Source of the DNA: Spirochaetia bacterium
Lineage (GTDB): Bacteria > Spirochaetota > Spirochaetia > SP-2023
Length of the DNA: 64,000 nt
Assembly (NCBI GenBank): GCA_965225855.1
Contig: CBDDCK010000004.1
Location: 224,001 to 288,000 of the forward strand
Reading direction: 5' to 3'
This document shows, one piece after another, positions 27,742 through 37,651 of this stretch. Both the position numbers and the translations under genes were made by a program. Position 1 is the first letter of the stretch. The number at the start of each line of letters is the position of its first letter. A model generated the notes under the pieces. It searched no databases. It was not told the DNA's origin and worked only from the letters and a program-made list of their open reading frames with translations.

Positions 27742-28070
27742 TGCCACTAGCATTAGTCAGAGGTAGAGAGTAGTGCTAGCTAGAAGTTGTCGAAAGGTTG
27801 ACTAAAATAACTAGGCAAAGATATGCCAATTTTATGCCCATTTGGTGGGCTTTTAGTGTAGAGTTTTGGTCGGCGATAGCCAAATAACTTACTATTTTGG
27901 GCATATTTTATCTAAAAAATACTTGACTTATTACCCCAAAAAAACGATATAATGCACTGTAGGTTTTGTATAAAGCCTAATTATTAAATTTAATGTAAGG
28001 TAATTGCTTAAATAGGCAATATGCTTGGATTAGATTATACAATGGAAAACAAGACTGCAGTTGCAAAGGT
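27742..28070 (+). repeat. Repeat A (promoter plus first 10 codons of the dynamin gene); diverged copy at 30460-30792
   Basis: Co-linear similarity from tgccactagcattagtca to gactgcagttgcaaaggt. Confidence 0.9.
27923..27953 (+). promoter_or_regulatory. Sigma-70-type promoter with a long, homopolymer-containing spacer
   Basis: TTGACT, 19 nt containing C4A7, TATAAT. Confidence 0.5.
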
Positions 28071-30362
28071 ACAAGATTCTGCTATAGCTATTTTGGATAA
28101 ATTTACAGGTGTATGTACAACCTACCAACAACAGCATAGCGAAAGGTATGAAGATAAAGAGCATAAGGATTATAAAGACGAACAAGCCAAGATAACGGAA
28201 GTTCTTACATGGATAAAAACAGAACGAGATAAAGTACAAGACATGGAGTTTTCTATTGGCACCATGAAAGCTGGTAAATCTACGGTAATTAATTCTATTG
28301 TGGGCTATGATATTGCGCCTATCAAAAGTTATAATGGCAATGAACAATGGTTAGCGGAACAACACTTGAAGCAAACTTACCAAGACTTGGACAAAGTAGT
28401 GAAAGAAATATCTCCAATAATCAAAGAGTCGCAGAAGATAAAACAAGACCATTACTTGGCTAAATGACGTTTGCCGTATTGCCAAAATATTTGCAGAATA
28501 TTTAGAAAGCAAGAGGCTTGATAAGTTAATTACCGATTTACTACAGGCAGATATGTTGCGCATAGAATTGGCTTTCTTTTGTTTGAAGGATAGCTCCAAT
28601 TCTATTGGCAAGCTTTCCCTTTACGATACCGCAGGCTTTAATGAAGCATTACTAAATAAGGAATTAGAGCTTGCCACTAAGCATTTACTGAGCGATTCTT
28701 CCGCAATTGTTTATGTTGTCGATGCATCACAATCAGGTACAAAGGCCGAGTCTGACTTGAAGGGATGGGTAAAAGAAGGTAGAGAAGTCTATATCTGTGC
28801 CAATAAAAAAGATCAATATAAAGATGTGAGTGAAGGTAACGTCGATACTACCTTAGAGCAAAATAACCTAAGGAAATACAAAGAGTGTGTCCCTAACTTG
28901 AAAGAGAAAGATATATTCCCCACCAATTCAAGAATAGGGCTTTTCAGTAGTAAGCTGCAACAATATTTTCGCCTACATGAGTGCTACCCAAAACCAAGAC
29001 CGGCTGACCAAAATAACCCCATGGCTGAAATCATAAAAGAATGTTTTGGAAAACCAAAATTAAAGAACTTTGACTCTAATAAATGGCGGTTATCTGAACA
29101 AGAGAGCAATGCCTTTACAGAATATCTAATAGATGAATATAGTGGCTCTGGTATACCCAGCCTTATTAATATTGTGTTTGTAGAGACTGCCAACAATATT
29201 ATACAGAAGGTCTTTGAAAATTTTGATTGCTGGCTTACTCAAGTGGTAAAAGATTTCGAGGGGAACTTACAAACATATCAAGACGGCCTAGAGAAAGATT
29301 TAGAAGAACTACGTAATGACATAGCAATGTTGGAGAGGCTGATAGAGGATACAAACTTGGCATCAAATTCTGCCCAACAGCTTCCTGTTAAGATCAAGGG
29401 CATATTATCTACTGAATTAGGTAATATTACAACAGAAATTAAAAGGCGGGTATTAGAGGAATTCAATAAGGTTTCCGATAGTAATACTAAAGTCAATGAT
29501 GATATAAACCAAATCATGTCTAGCACTGATGGGAATGATAGTAAGTTTAAAAAAATTCCTTTAGTTTTCCTTCTTCGATGTTAAAAAAAGAGTTCAAAGA
29601 CTGGATAAGTCTGGGAATAGCACTGGTGAACATGATAAATAGTGGTAGTTTAAGTTCCGAAAATATAGAAGAGATTCGTAAAAAGAATGAGGATTTTAAA
29701 ATTCTTGTCAACGCTATTGTGTCATCTCTAAAGGAAGATTTAGAAGAAAAACTCAAGGAAAATAATGATAGATTTAAAGGGATAATAAACGAAAAAGTTC
29801 GCCCCTTGCAAGAACAATTGAATAAGATAGGGAATCAATTTGCAGAGTTTATGAAGGATAATTATAGCAATGTGCGTTTCAAAGCACCGAAATTTAGTAT
29901 ACCATTACCAAAAGTCAACATTGGTGCTATGGATGATTTTATGTACAGTCATTCAAGATACGTACCTAAGAGCGGGGTTTTAAATCTTCTTAAACGTATT
30001 CCTGGTTGGATATTTGGGAAGCCTTGGGGTAGGGAAGAGATTACTGAGTATACTTTTGATGGTCAGAAAGCAAAGAAGCAATTTGAGCGCTCAATTAATG
30101 AATGTTTAAAGGGTATAAAAGATGGTTTGCTAACTTATGTGGAAGAGGATTTAACAGAGGAAATTCGCAAGGTTTGCTCTAGCTTAGAAAATCAATTAGG
30201 TGATAAACTCAGAGCCATTGCTTCAGCACTTACCGATACTCAAATTCCAAATAAAGAAAAAATTGAAGAAGCAAAAAAAATACACAAACTTTGCTTACAA
30301 CCTTAGAAAGTATTGAAACGGAAATACCAGAATTTAGGAAAGAAGCGGAAAAGATAAGATAA
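28042..30362 (+). pseudogene. Bacterial dynamin-like GTPase (CrfC/YjdA-like), fragmented
   Basis: G1 GTMKAGKSTVINSIVG, LNDVCRI, G3 LYDTAGFNEA, G4-like ANKKD, helical C-terminus. Frameshifts near 28455, 29550 and 30275. Confidence 0.8.
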
Positions 30363-30370
30363 GGTTGGGC

Positions 30371-30458
30371 TCAAAGTCTAGGTGGCAATCACTTAGACTA
30401 TTTTTATATAGTCTTATGATTAGTTTGTTCTAGCTTTGTATTAAAGAGCAATTACAGA
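30371..30458 (+). repeat. Repeat B (terminator-like hairpin plus rsmI-type leader); second copy at 30805-30892
   Basis: tcaaag(t/g)ctaggtggcaatcac(t/c)tag…gagcaatt(a/g)caga, 88 bp with few substitutions. Confidence 0.92.
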
Positions 30459-30459
30459 C

Positions 30460-30792
30460 TGCGACTAGCATTAGTCATAGGTTGCGAGTAGTATTAGCTA
30501 GAGTTTGTCGAAATTTTGAATGAAATAGCTAGGCTAAGATATGACCTTGATTTTATGCCATTTTGGTGGTATTTGAGGTACGTTATTTCTAGCGCTAGCC
30601 AAATAATTTTCTATTTGGGTTATATTTTATCTAAAAATACTTTAATTATTACTAAAAAACCGATTTAATGCAATGTAGGTTTTTTATAAAGTTTATATTA
30701 GATTTAATGTAAGGCAATAGGTAATTGCTTAAATAGGCAATATGTTTGGATTAGAGTTATACAATGGAAATCAAGACTGCAGTTGCAAAGGT
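30460..30792 (+). repeat. Repeat A' (degenerate copy of 27742-28070)
   Basis: Same order of blocks; both promoter hexamers are altered to TTTAAT. Confidence 0.9.
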
Positions 30793-30804
30793 TGTTTTAA
30801 AGGT

Positions 30805-30892
30805 TCAAAGGCTAGGTGGCAATCACCTAGCCTATTTTTATATAGGCTTATGATTAGTTTGTTCTAGCTTTGTATTAAGGAGCAATTGCAGA
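30805..30892 (+). repeat. Repeat B' (hairpin aggctaggtg-gcaat-cacctagcct and RBS of rsmI)
   Basis: Direct copy of 30371-30458, ending at the rsmI ATG. Confidence 0.92.
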
Positions 30893-31621
30893 ATGAATAA
30901 TGAAAGTAATGTTTTAGCAGGTATAGACAATGCCATAGCTAAGCATTTATATATAGTAGCCACTCCCTTGGGCAATTTGCGCGACATTAGTTTAAGGGCT
31001 TTGGACATACTTGCTTCAGTTGATATTATCGCCTGTGAAAGCTTGGCGCGCTCTAAAAATTTACTGCGTGAATATGGCATTCAGCCACAGCAGCTAGTGG
31101 TTTGCCAAGCAGGCAACGAAGCTGCCAGTGCCGAAGGTTTGGTCAAACTATTAAAACAAGGGCACAGCATAGCATATATCAGTGATGCAGGAACCCCTGG
31201 TATTAGTGACCCGGGTACCAAACTTGTTGCTAGAGTAAAGCAAGCTGGCTTTGTTATAAAAGCCCTTCCGGGCCCTTCTGCCTTGACATTGATTGCAAGC
31301 TTAGCAGGTTACCCTTGTAAACCATTAGCTTTTATCGGTTTTTTAAGTACAAAAAACGGGCGAAGGAGGCTTGAACTACAGCATTGGCTAGAACAAGAGC
31401 ATTGCTTTGTATTGTATGAGTCGCCATTTCGTATTATTTCTACTTTAAAAGAGTTAGCGAGTTTGGCGCCCAAGCGCAAGATATTTTTAGGGCGTGAAAT
31501 GACAAAAAAAAGCGAACAGTTTTTATCAGGAACTTCCGATTATATACTAAGTCATCTGGAAGCCGTTAGCTTTTCTATTCGTGGGGAATTTACTTTGTTT
31601 ATTGCAGCGGAATCAGTGTGA
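30893..31621 (+). CDS. rsmI: 16S rRNA (C1402-2'-O)-methyltransferase
   Basis: LYIVATPLGNLRDIS, SDAGTPGISDPG, PGPSA, YESPFR, REMTK. Confidence 0.96.
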   Translation: MNNESNVLAGIDNAIAKHLYIVATPLGNLRDISLRALDILASVDIIACESLARSKNLLREYGIQPQQLVVCQAGNEAASAEGLVKLLKQGHSIAYISDAGTPGISDPGTKLVARVKQAGFVIKALPGPSALTLIASLAGYPCKPLAFIGFLSTKNGRRRLELQHWLEQEHCFVLYESPFRIISTLKELASLAPKRKIFLGREMTKKSEQFLSGTSDYILSHLEAVSFSIRGEFTLFIAAESV

Positions 31622-31683
31622 TAACCTTGAGTTAAAGAGGTTGATTTTCGCAAGGATTGCGATTTGCAAGGAAGAGATTTATT

Positions 31684-31983
31684 ATGCCTATTGATAAGAT
31701 TGGTTCTACAGAGAGTTATGCTCCTGTTAAGCGAAGTTTTGCAAAGCCTAAACCTCAGTTGCGGCAAATTAGACAAGATACAATTAGCTTAACTCAGACA
31801 GCAAAACAGAATGCGGAACTATTGAGAATTCATGATTTGGCGATGGCTGCTCCTGATATACGTATGGAAAAAGTTATAGAATTGCGGGATAAGCTTCAAA
31901 TCCCTTCTTATCCCGATCACGCTATTATTGCTAGCTTGGCAGATCGCTTGTCTGAATTATTTATAGGGACTGGACAAGATTAG
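31684..31983 (+). CDS. flgM: FlgM-like anti-sigma-28 factor
   Basis: 'DTISLTQTAK' and 'PDIRMEKVIELRDKL..PSY' fit FlgM; 99 aa. Confidence 0.7.
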   Translation: MPIDKIGSTESYAPVKRSFAKPKPQLRQIRQDTISLTQTAKQNAELLRIHDLAMAAPDIRMEKVIELRDKLQIPSYPDHAIIASLADRLSELFIGTGQD

Positions 31984-32226
31984 AAAGAATTTTGGCGTAA
32001 GGGCTTTTAACGAATTTGTGCTAGGGCTTGTATTTCTGTATTGCCTCTGATAAAATAAACAGATACTTCAGGTGATAAATTTTTAATCATATGTTCAAAA
32101 AAGAAATCATCAAAATCCCACAAAAAGTACTTGCGGTTGGTTTCCAATCCCGAAAGAATATAATATGTGTACAGTAGCCTGTATATGGGTTTGCGAACTT
32201 TTTTCTCTTTTTTAGGAGGTGTACTT

Positions 32227-33051
32227 ATGAATAAGTATACATTATTTGGGGCTAAGCCCACTAGGCCTATTATTTTGCCAATAATATTGTGCATATACTT
32301 AACGGTCTCTTGCGACCCAGATGAGGATAAGTCTTCATCTAATAACACTCCAGCGCGTAGTGTATTACATTTATTGCAAAACCATACAACCCAATACGCT
32401 AAATATCAAAAAGGTAAGGAGTACAAAAGTGCCGAGTGGGACGGCAATGTTTTGACAAGGTATAATGCGGATAAGACAGTAAGGTCCAAGGTCACCTATG
32501 ACTATAGAGGAAGAATTACAAAGTATGTATATACCTTAAGTGGTTCTCAAATTACAGATGAGCATCGTTACGAAGGCGATGGCAATGCTTTTACTTTCTA
32601 TGATAGAATATTTTTAACCAGAAACGGTGGCAAGGAATATAGATATGCAAAGCGTCAAGGCAATGTCGTGCGAACTTATGATGATAAGGGCAACACGGCT
32701 TCTACTACTACCTTTGATTCTAAGGGTAGATTCCAAAGGCAAGTATATGGTTCTACTAGCTATACTTATCGCAGTGTAGGTGATGGCCCTGAGATTGCCG
32801 CCATTGTATCTAAAGACTACCACTATTTAGGGCAATTAAAATTTAAATTTACTACCCAATACATTAAGGAAGGTAGTAAAAAAGAATGGAAAGTATATGA
32901 ATGGATAAAGGAAAAGGGGCAAGATGTACTTGTTAGACACGGCTATGGTAAAAAGACCTACTATTACTATGACGCTAAAGCAAGAGTGGTAGAGGAGGTT
33001 GAGGTAGAAATTGATGATTCTTTAATTACCACTACCTACCGTTATGAGTAA
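32227..33051 (+). CDS. Lipoprotein with YD-like internal repeats
   Basis: AGGAGG RBS; lipobox TVS-C; two similar modules (GKEY…GNV…Y…TY/FD..GR…VY); Tyr/Lys/Thr-rich. Confidence 0.7.
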   Translation: MNKYTLFGAKPTRPIILPIILCIYLTVSCDPDEDKSSSNNTPARSVLHLLQNHTTQYAKYQKGKEYKSAEWDGNVLTRYNADKTVRSKVTYDYRGRITKYVYTLSGSQITDEHRYEGDGNAFTFYDRIFLTRNGGKEYRYAKRQGNVVRTYDDKGNTASTTTFDSKGRFQRQVYGSTSYTYRSVGDGPEIAAIVSKDYHYLGQLKFKFTTQYIKEGSKKEWKVYEWIKEKGQDVLVRHGYGKKTYYYYDAKARVVEEVEVEIDDSLITTTYRYE

Positions 33052-33144
33052 GCGTTGGTAGCATTACTTTGGCATTGATGTTAATGATTAAAACAATTTA
33101 ACTTCCTTTAGGGAGTTTAAAAATTATAATGAAAGGAGAATCTT

Positions 33145-33366
33145 ATGGCAGTTATCAGTGAGTTCATAAAGTCAAATAAGTTGCCCGGTATACCTCAAAC
33201 TAATGTTAAGGCAGAATATTGCTTTGATGAGTCCACTTTTCGGCTGCGTACTTATAAAAGTGGTGATACCAGACGGGAAGAAGGTAGCAAACAAAATATC
33301 CAGTTAAGTAAGCCTATGGCTAAAGAATTAGTGCAAATACTCCAAGAGTTTATTGCTAAGACTTAA
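33145..33366 (+). CDS. Small hypothetical protein (beta strands plus C-terminal helix)
   Basis: AAGGAG RBS; 73 aa; followed by a strong hairpin. Confidence 0.65.
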   Translation: MAVISEFIKSNKLPGIPQTNVKAEYCFDESTFRLRTYKSGDTRREEGSKQNIQLSKPMAKELVQILQEFIAKT

Positions 33367-33417
33367 CAAAAATTATTTGCTATAACTTTTGGCTTTAACT
33401 ATTGGGCAGTAAGGCAA

Positions 33418-33453
33418 AAAGGTAGGTAAAGGGGTTGCCCCTTACCTACCTTT
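33418..33453. terminator. Bidirectional terminator hairpin
   Basis: aaaggtaggtaa(a)gggg-ttg-ccccttacctaccttt between convergent genes. Confidence 0.8.
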
Positions 33454-33534
33454 GGGAGTTGTGTTTTAGACAAGCAACTAAAGCCAACTATTTGGCTTTT
33501 GCCGTTTTTATTAAAGTGTTAATTTAAAAAATAG

Positions 33535-33966
33535 TTAGCTTGGCTCTGGTTCTAAAACCAGCTTAACCCCGCGTATTTCACGAATGATGCCGTAGCAACC
33601 TTGGTTTATGGAGCAACCTTCCACGGTAATTGCGCTCCATATTTGGCTGTTGATTTTGGCTTGGCCTAATTCAAAACAATTGATATTGCTTATGGCCAAA
33701 GCGCGCGCTCCAATTAGCGCAGCTATATTGGTTGACTGCGTTGCTTTATGGAGTATGCGCACAGAAAGAGGACGCAGCAAAAATATGCACAATAGAGAAA
33801 TAGCACTGAAACATACAATTTGCCAAGTAAACGATAATTGGAAACGTTCTGCAACTAAACCTGCCAAAGACCCTACTGCTAACCAGATGGTAAGAAAGCT
33901 TTGTGATAAGCCTTCTCCTATCAAAAAAATAACGAGCAAGGCCACCCATATTAGCCATGATTCCAT
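33535..33966 (-). CDS. NfeD-family protein
   Basis: Three TM helices plus OB fold (LIGARA…GQAKINSQIWSA); downstream of an SPFH gene. Confidence 0.9.
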   Translation of the reverse strand: MESWLIWVALLVIFLIGEGLSQSFLTIWLAVGSLAGLVAERFQLSFTWQIVCFSAISLLCIFLLRPLSVRILHKATQSTNIAALIGARALAISNINCFELGQAKINSQIWSAITVEGCSINQGCYGIIREIRGVKLVLEPEPS

Positions 33967-33972
33967 TTGGTA

Positions 33973-34860
33973 TTATTGACTCAATTCTTTTAATGACACA
34001 GCCCAAGCTGATAAATCTTTCATATCTGCAGGCACCACAATTTTCGTGGCCTGGCCTTCGGCTAAATTGCCAATGGCTTCTAAACTTTTTAATGCCAAAT
34101 ATGCTTGATCCGGCCCTGCTTGTTTTATCAAACCAATAGCTGCTGCAGTAGCTTCCTGAATGCGCAACAACGCTTGGGACTCGCCTTCAGCTCGGCGAAT
34201 TTGGGCTTCTTTATCTGCCTCTGCTTGTAAAATGATGGCTTTATTCTTGCCTTCGGCTTCTAAAATAGATGCGGTCTTTTGGCCTTCAGCCCGCAAAATT
34301 TGTTCCCGCCGCTCGCGTTCAGCCCGCATTTGTTTTTCCATCGCATTTTGAATATCTTCCGGCGGCAAAATATTTTTGACTTCTACGCGGTTGACTTTTA
34401 TACCCCAGGGGTCTGTAGCTTCATCTAAAATATTGCGCATTTGAGTATTGATAATGTCTCGCGAGCTAAGGGTATCATCCAGCTCCAATTGGCCAATAAT
34501 ATTGCGCAAAGTAGTTGCACAAAGATTTTCCAGCGCAGCACTTGGGTTGGAGACCCCGTAGACAAATAATTTGGGGTCGGTAATTTGGTAATAAATTACT
34601 GTATCTATTTGCATGGTAACATTATCTTTGGTAATTACCGCTTGCGGTTCAAAGTCAACAACATGTTCCTTTAGTGAAACGGTGGCCACAATGCGGTCTA
34701 TCAAAGGCAACTTTAAATGCAGGCCTTGTTCCCAATTGCATAGGTAGGAGCCCAAACGTTCCAGCACATAGGCATTGGATTGCGAGACGATTCGTATATT
34801 AAAAAAGACTAAAACTAATACGATGACAATCAAAACAATAATTAAAATATCCACAAGCAA
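33973..34860 (-). CDS. SPFH/band-7 (QmcA/stomatin-like) protein
   Basis: ERLG, VITKDNV, TTLRNIIG, WGIKVNRVE, MEKQMRAERERR. Confidence 0.95.
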   Translation of the reverse strand: MLVDILIIVLIVIVLVLVFFNIRIVSQSNAYVLERLGSYLCNWEQGLHLKLPLIDRIVATVSLKEHVVDFEPQAVITKDNVTMQIDTVIYYQITDPKLFVYGVSNPSAALENLCATTLRNIIGQLELDDTLSSRDIINTQMRNILDEATDPWGIKVNRVEVKNILPPEDIQNAMEKQMRAERERREQILRAEGQKTASILEAEGKNKAIILQAEADKEAQIRRAEGESQALLRIQEATAAAIGLIKQAGPDQAYLALKSLEAIGNLAEGQATKIVVPADMKDLSAWAVSLKELSQ

Positions 34861-34917
34861 TACTTTTCGAGTTCCTTAAATTTAGAAATGAGACTTTATT
34901 AGATAATCGATTTAGTG

Positions 34918-35560
34918 TCAAGAGACAAAAGAAACTAGTTTTTTATTTTTGCGCGTTGTTTGGCTAGCCCCAACATATAAGCTATAGTCTAAATACCAAG
35001 GGCCTTCTTTTGTGCGTTGTCGTAAACTAAAAGGTCTGCGTTTATTGGTTTGTATAATTTCTATTTTCGTTTCTGTATTTTGTTGCGAGAGTTGTTTGAG
35101 TAATTTTTGCTCTTTTGGGCTAAGCGGATAATTCCTTGGCCATACTGCGGTAATAACAGGATAAGTATCGTGATGCTTTGTTTTACGGTAAGAATTGAGT
35201 AGGTAGCTGCTTTGAGGCAGAAATAATTTTAAGTCGCTCACTTTATTCATCGTAATAAAATGGGGTAACTGCCAATTTCCATAGGGCGTGTAGCCGGTAT
35301 AGCTGTGCGGATCACGGCTAAAATATACCGCCCAAGATTTGGCAGAATTATAATTGCAGCCATTTTTGGCAAAAACCGCTAGCAGCTCTAGCAGCTTTTG
35401 GGAAAATTTTACGTGAACGGTAGTACTTGTGCTGGGCTTTGGGTCTACCGGGGGGTTGCATGTTCGCTAAATGGGCTGCTATAACAAGCACTAATAGTAA
35501 GACAAACAAAGAAAATACCCAAAACCGAACCAGAATCCAAAAAATACGAAGATGATTCAC
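34918..35560 (-). pseudogene. Probable lipoprotein gene split by one frameshift near 35463
   Basis: ORF 35348-35560 supplies the signal peptide. The other frame is open from C-N-P-P-V-D-P-K-P through ORF 34918-35250. Removing one A gives lipobox LAT-C. Confidence 0.6.
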
Positions 35561-35677
35561 ACGGTGCCAATAATATTGAAAAGTTTGCCAATTCCGAAAC
35601 AGCCAAAAGTATTTTTTATTTGTTTTAAATGCTCTTCCCTTACAAGGGTAGAGCTACGGTATAATCTGCGTTCATTG

Positions 35678-37633
35678 ATGAACTTTTCTAACCGTATATT
35701 GATTTTTTATACCATTGTTGCCGTTTTTTTTAGCGGAGTTGTTTTGGTTAAATTTGGCGAGCTAATGCTCAGCCCAAAAGGGCCGGGAAATACCACGGTA
35801 AAGTCTAAGTCAATCGTTGTGCGTGGCTCGATTTTTGACCGTAACGGTAAACTATTAGCAAACCAAATTAAACGCCATTCGTTAGATGTATGGCTTCCCA
35901 GTGTGCGTGATTTAACGCTTAGTGCCCAAATTATTGCTCCCATTTTAAAACTAGATGTTGAAATATTGTATCAACGACTTATTAATTCTAGGCGCAATTA
36001 TATGTGGATCAAACGCTTTCTCAGCGAAACAGAGGCTGAAGCATTGAGCAAATACATAGATCGTGGTGAATTGCCGGGTTTTAAATTGCGTGAAGAATAT
36101 AAACGCTATTACCCGCTTGGTGAATTAGCCTCCCATTTAATCGGTTTTACCAATATAGATAATGTGGGTTTAAATGGTGTTGAGCTTAGTTTGGAAAGTT
36201 GGCTCAACCCCAAAAATGTTTCGTATAATAGCAACCAAAATATTCAGTATGGCAATCAAGTCTACCTTTCGATCGATATTGATACCCAGTATATCATTGA
36301 TAAAATTGCCCGTAAGACCATGATTTTTACGAAAGCTGATAGTTTGGTGGCAATATTGATGGATGCACGGAGTGGCTCTTTGGTGGCCTTTGTTAGCTTA
36401 CCTGAATACGACCCAAACTTGTTTAACCACTATTCCGAGGAAATTTTGCGCAATCAAGCGATTAGCACGGCTTATGAGCCCGGCTCGGTATTTAAAATTT
36501 ATATCATGGCTATAGTACTTGACGAAAAAATTATTGACATTAACCATATTTTTGATATAGGCACAATTTACAATCCACCTATATTCCAGCGCAAAAAAAT
36601 ACAACCCATTCGCGATGTTACATCACACGGGGCCCTATCGGCTACCGAAGTTTTGATTTATTCGAGCAATGTGGGTATGGCTGTGGCTGTTGAAAATATT
36701 AGCAAAGATTTGCTATACTACAAATTGCGTTTGTTTGGTTTTGGTAAAATTACCGGTGTCCAGTTGCCCGGTGAATCCAACGGTATTTTAAAACAGCCTT
36801 CAAGTTGGTCCCTTCGCTCAAAACCAACGATTGCGTTTGGCCAGGAAATTGGTGTTTCGGCAATACAAATGGTATCGGCAGCAACGGTATTTACCAATGG
36901 GGGGCTATTGCTTTCTCCCATTATTATTGATCGTATCGAAGAGTCGAATGGTAATGTTCGCCTACAAAATACTCGCCAGCCAAAATATGAAGTGATTTCT
37001 CCGATTACAGCGAAAAATATGCTGCTAATGATGGAGCAAGTTGTAGCTTCTGATTTGGGCACGATGCGCGGTTCTCGTGTTGAGGGTTTGCGTATTTCTG
37101 GCAAATCGGGGACGGCCCAAGTATATAACCCTAAATCTGGTAAATATTATCCAGAACGTGTCAATAGCTCTGCTATTGCAATTTTCCCAACCGATGACCC
37201 GCGATTTGTTCTTTATATTAATATTTTTAATCCGAAAAGTTTGGTGCGTTATGGTGGCCGTTTGGTTTCTCCAATGGTGTCAGAGGCGATTAGTGATTTG
37301 ACCACTCATTATAATTTGCCACTCAAAGGCAATCGTATTGCGTACTTTAATGAAGATGTTTCGGTTTTGATCGAAGAGCAATTGGAAAAGCGATTGGTGC
37401 AGAAAAAATTAGCACAGGATTTAACAAAATTACCGAATCTGAAGGGTTTATCAAAACGCAAGTTATTACCGCTGCTGCGCATTCCCGGCTTGCATGTGGA
37501 AATTATTGGGGAGGGGCATGTGGTGCGCCAAAGCTTGCCTCCAGGTACAGAGTTACCGGGCAGGGAATTACCTCAAATAAAAGCAGGGGCGGAAAATGCA
37601 AGTCCCTTGTTATTAAAAATTTGGTTGCAATAA
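35678..37633 (+). CDS. Class B penicillin-binding protein (FtsI-like) with PASTA domain
   Basis: RGSIFDRNG, RYYPLG, YEPGSVFK (SxxK), SSN, KSG(T), C-terminal PASTA. ATG 35678 precedes the TM helix. Confidence 0.92.
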   Translation: MNFSNRILIFYTIVAVFFSGVVLVKFGELMLSPKGPGNTTVKSKSIVVRGSIFDRNGKLLANQIKRHSLDVWLPSVRDLTLSAQIIAPILKLDVEILYQRLINSRRNYMWIKRFLSETEAEALSKYIDRGELPGFKLREEYKRYYPLGELASHLIGFTNIDNVGLNGVELSLESWLNPKNVSYNSNQNIQYGNQVYLSIDIDTQYIIDKIARKTMIFTKADSLVAILMDARSGSLVAFVSLPEYDPNLFNHYSEEILRNQAISTAYEPGSVFKIYIMAIVLDEKIIDINHIFDIGTIYNPPIFQRKKIQPIRDVTSHGALSATEVLIYSSNVGMAVAVENISKDLLYYKLRLFGFGKITGVQLPGESNGILKQPSSWSLRSKPTIAFGQEIGVSAIQMVSAATVFTNGGLLLSPIIIDRIEESNGNVRLQNTRQPKYEVISPITAKNMLLMMEQVVASDLGTMRGSRVEGLRISGKSGTAQVYNPKSGKYYPERVNSSAIAIFPTDDPRFVLYINIFNPKSLVRYGGRLVSPMVSEAISDLTTHYNLPLKGNRIAYFNEDVSVLIEEQLEKRLVQKKLAQDLTKLPNLKGLSKRKLLPLLRIPGLHVEIIGEGHVVRQSLPPGTELPGRELPQIKAGAENASPLLLKIWLQ

Positions 37634-37651
37634 TTTTGAATATTGGAATTT

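Noticed and set aside
27821..27840. GG-N10-GC motif on the minus strand toward serA
   Set aside because: Flanks deviate from the sigma-54 consensus (GGGC…TGGC) and it lies about 370 nt from the gene.
27742..30892. Integron cassette array or IS/composite transposon
   Set aside because: No integrase or transposase, no attC-like pattern, and no terminal inverted repeats.
31622..31683. Sigma-28 promoter for flgM
   Set aside because: TAAA is present but no GCCGATAA-like -10 box at the right spacing.
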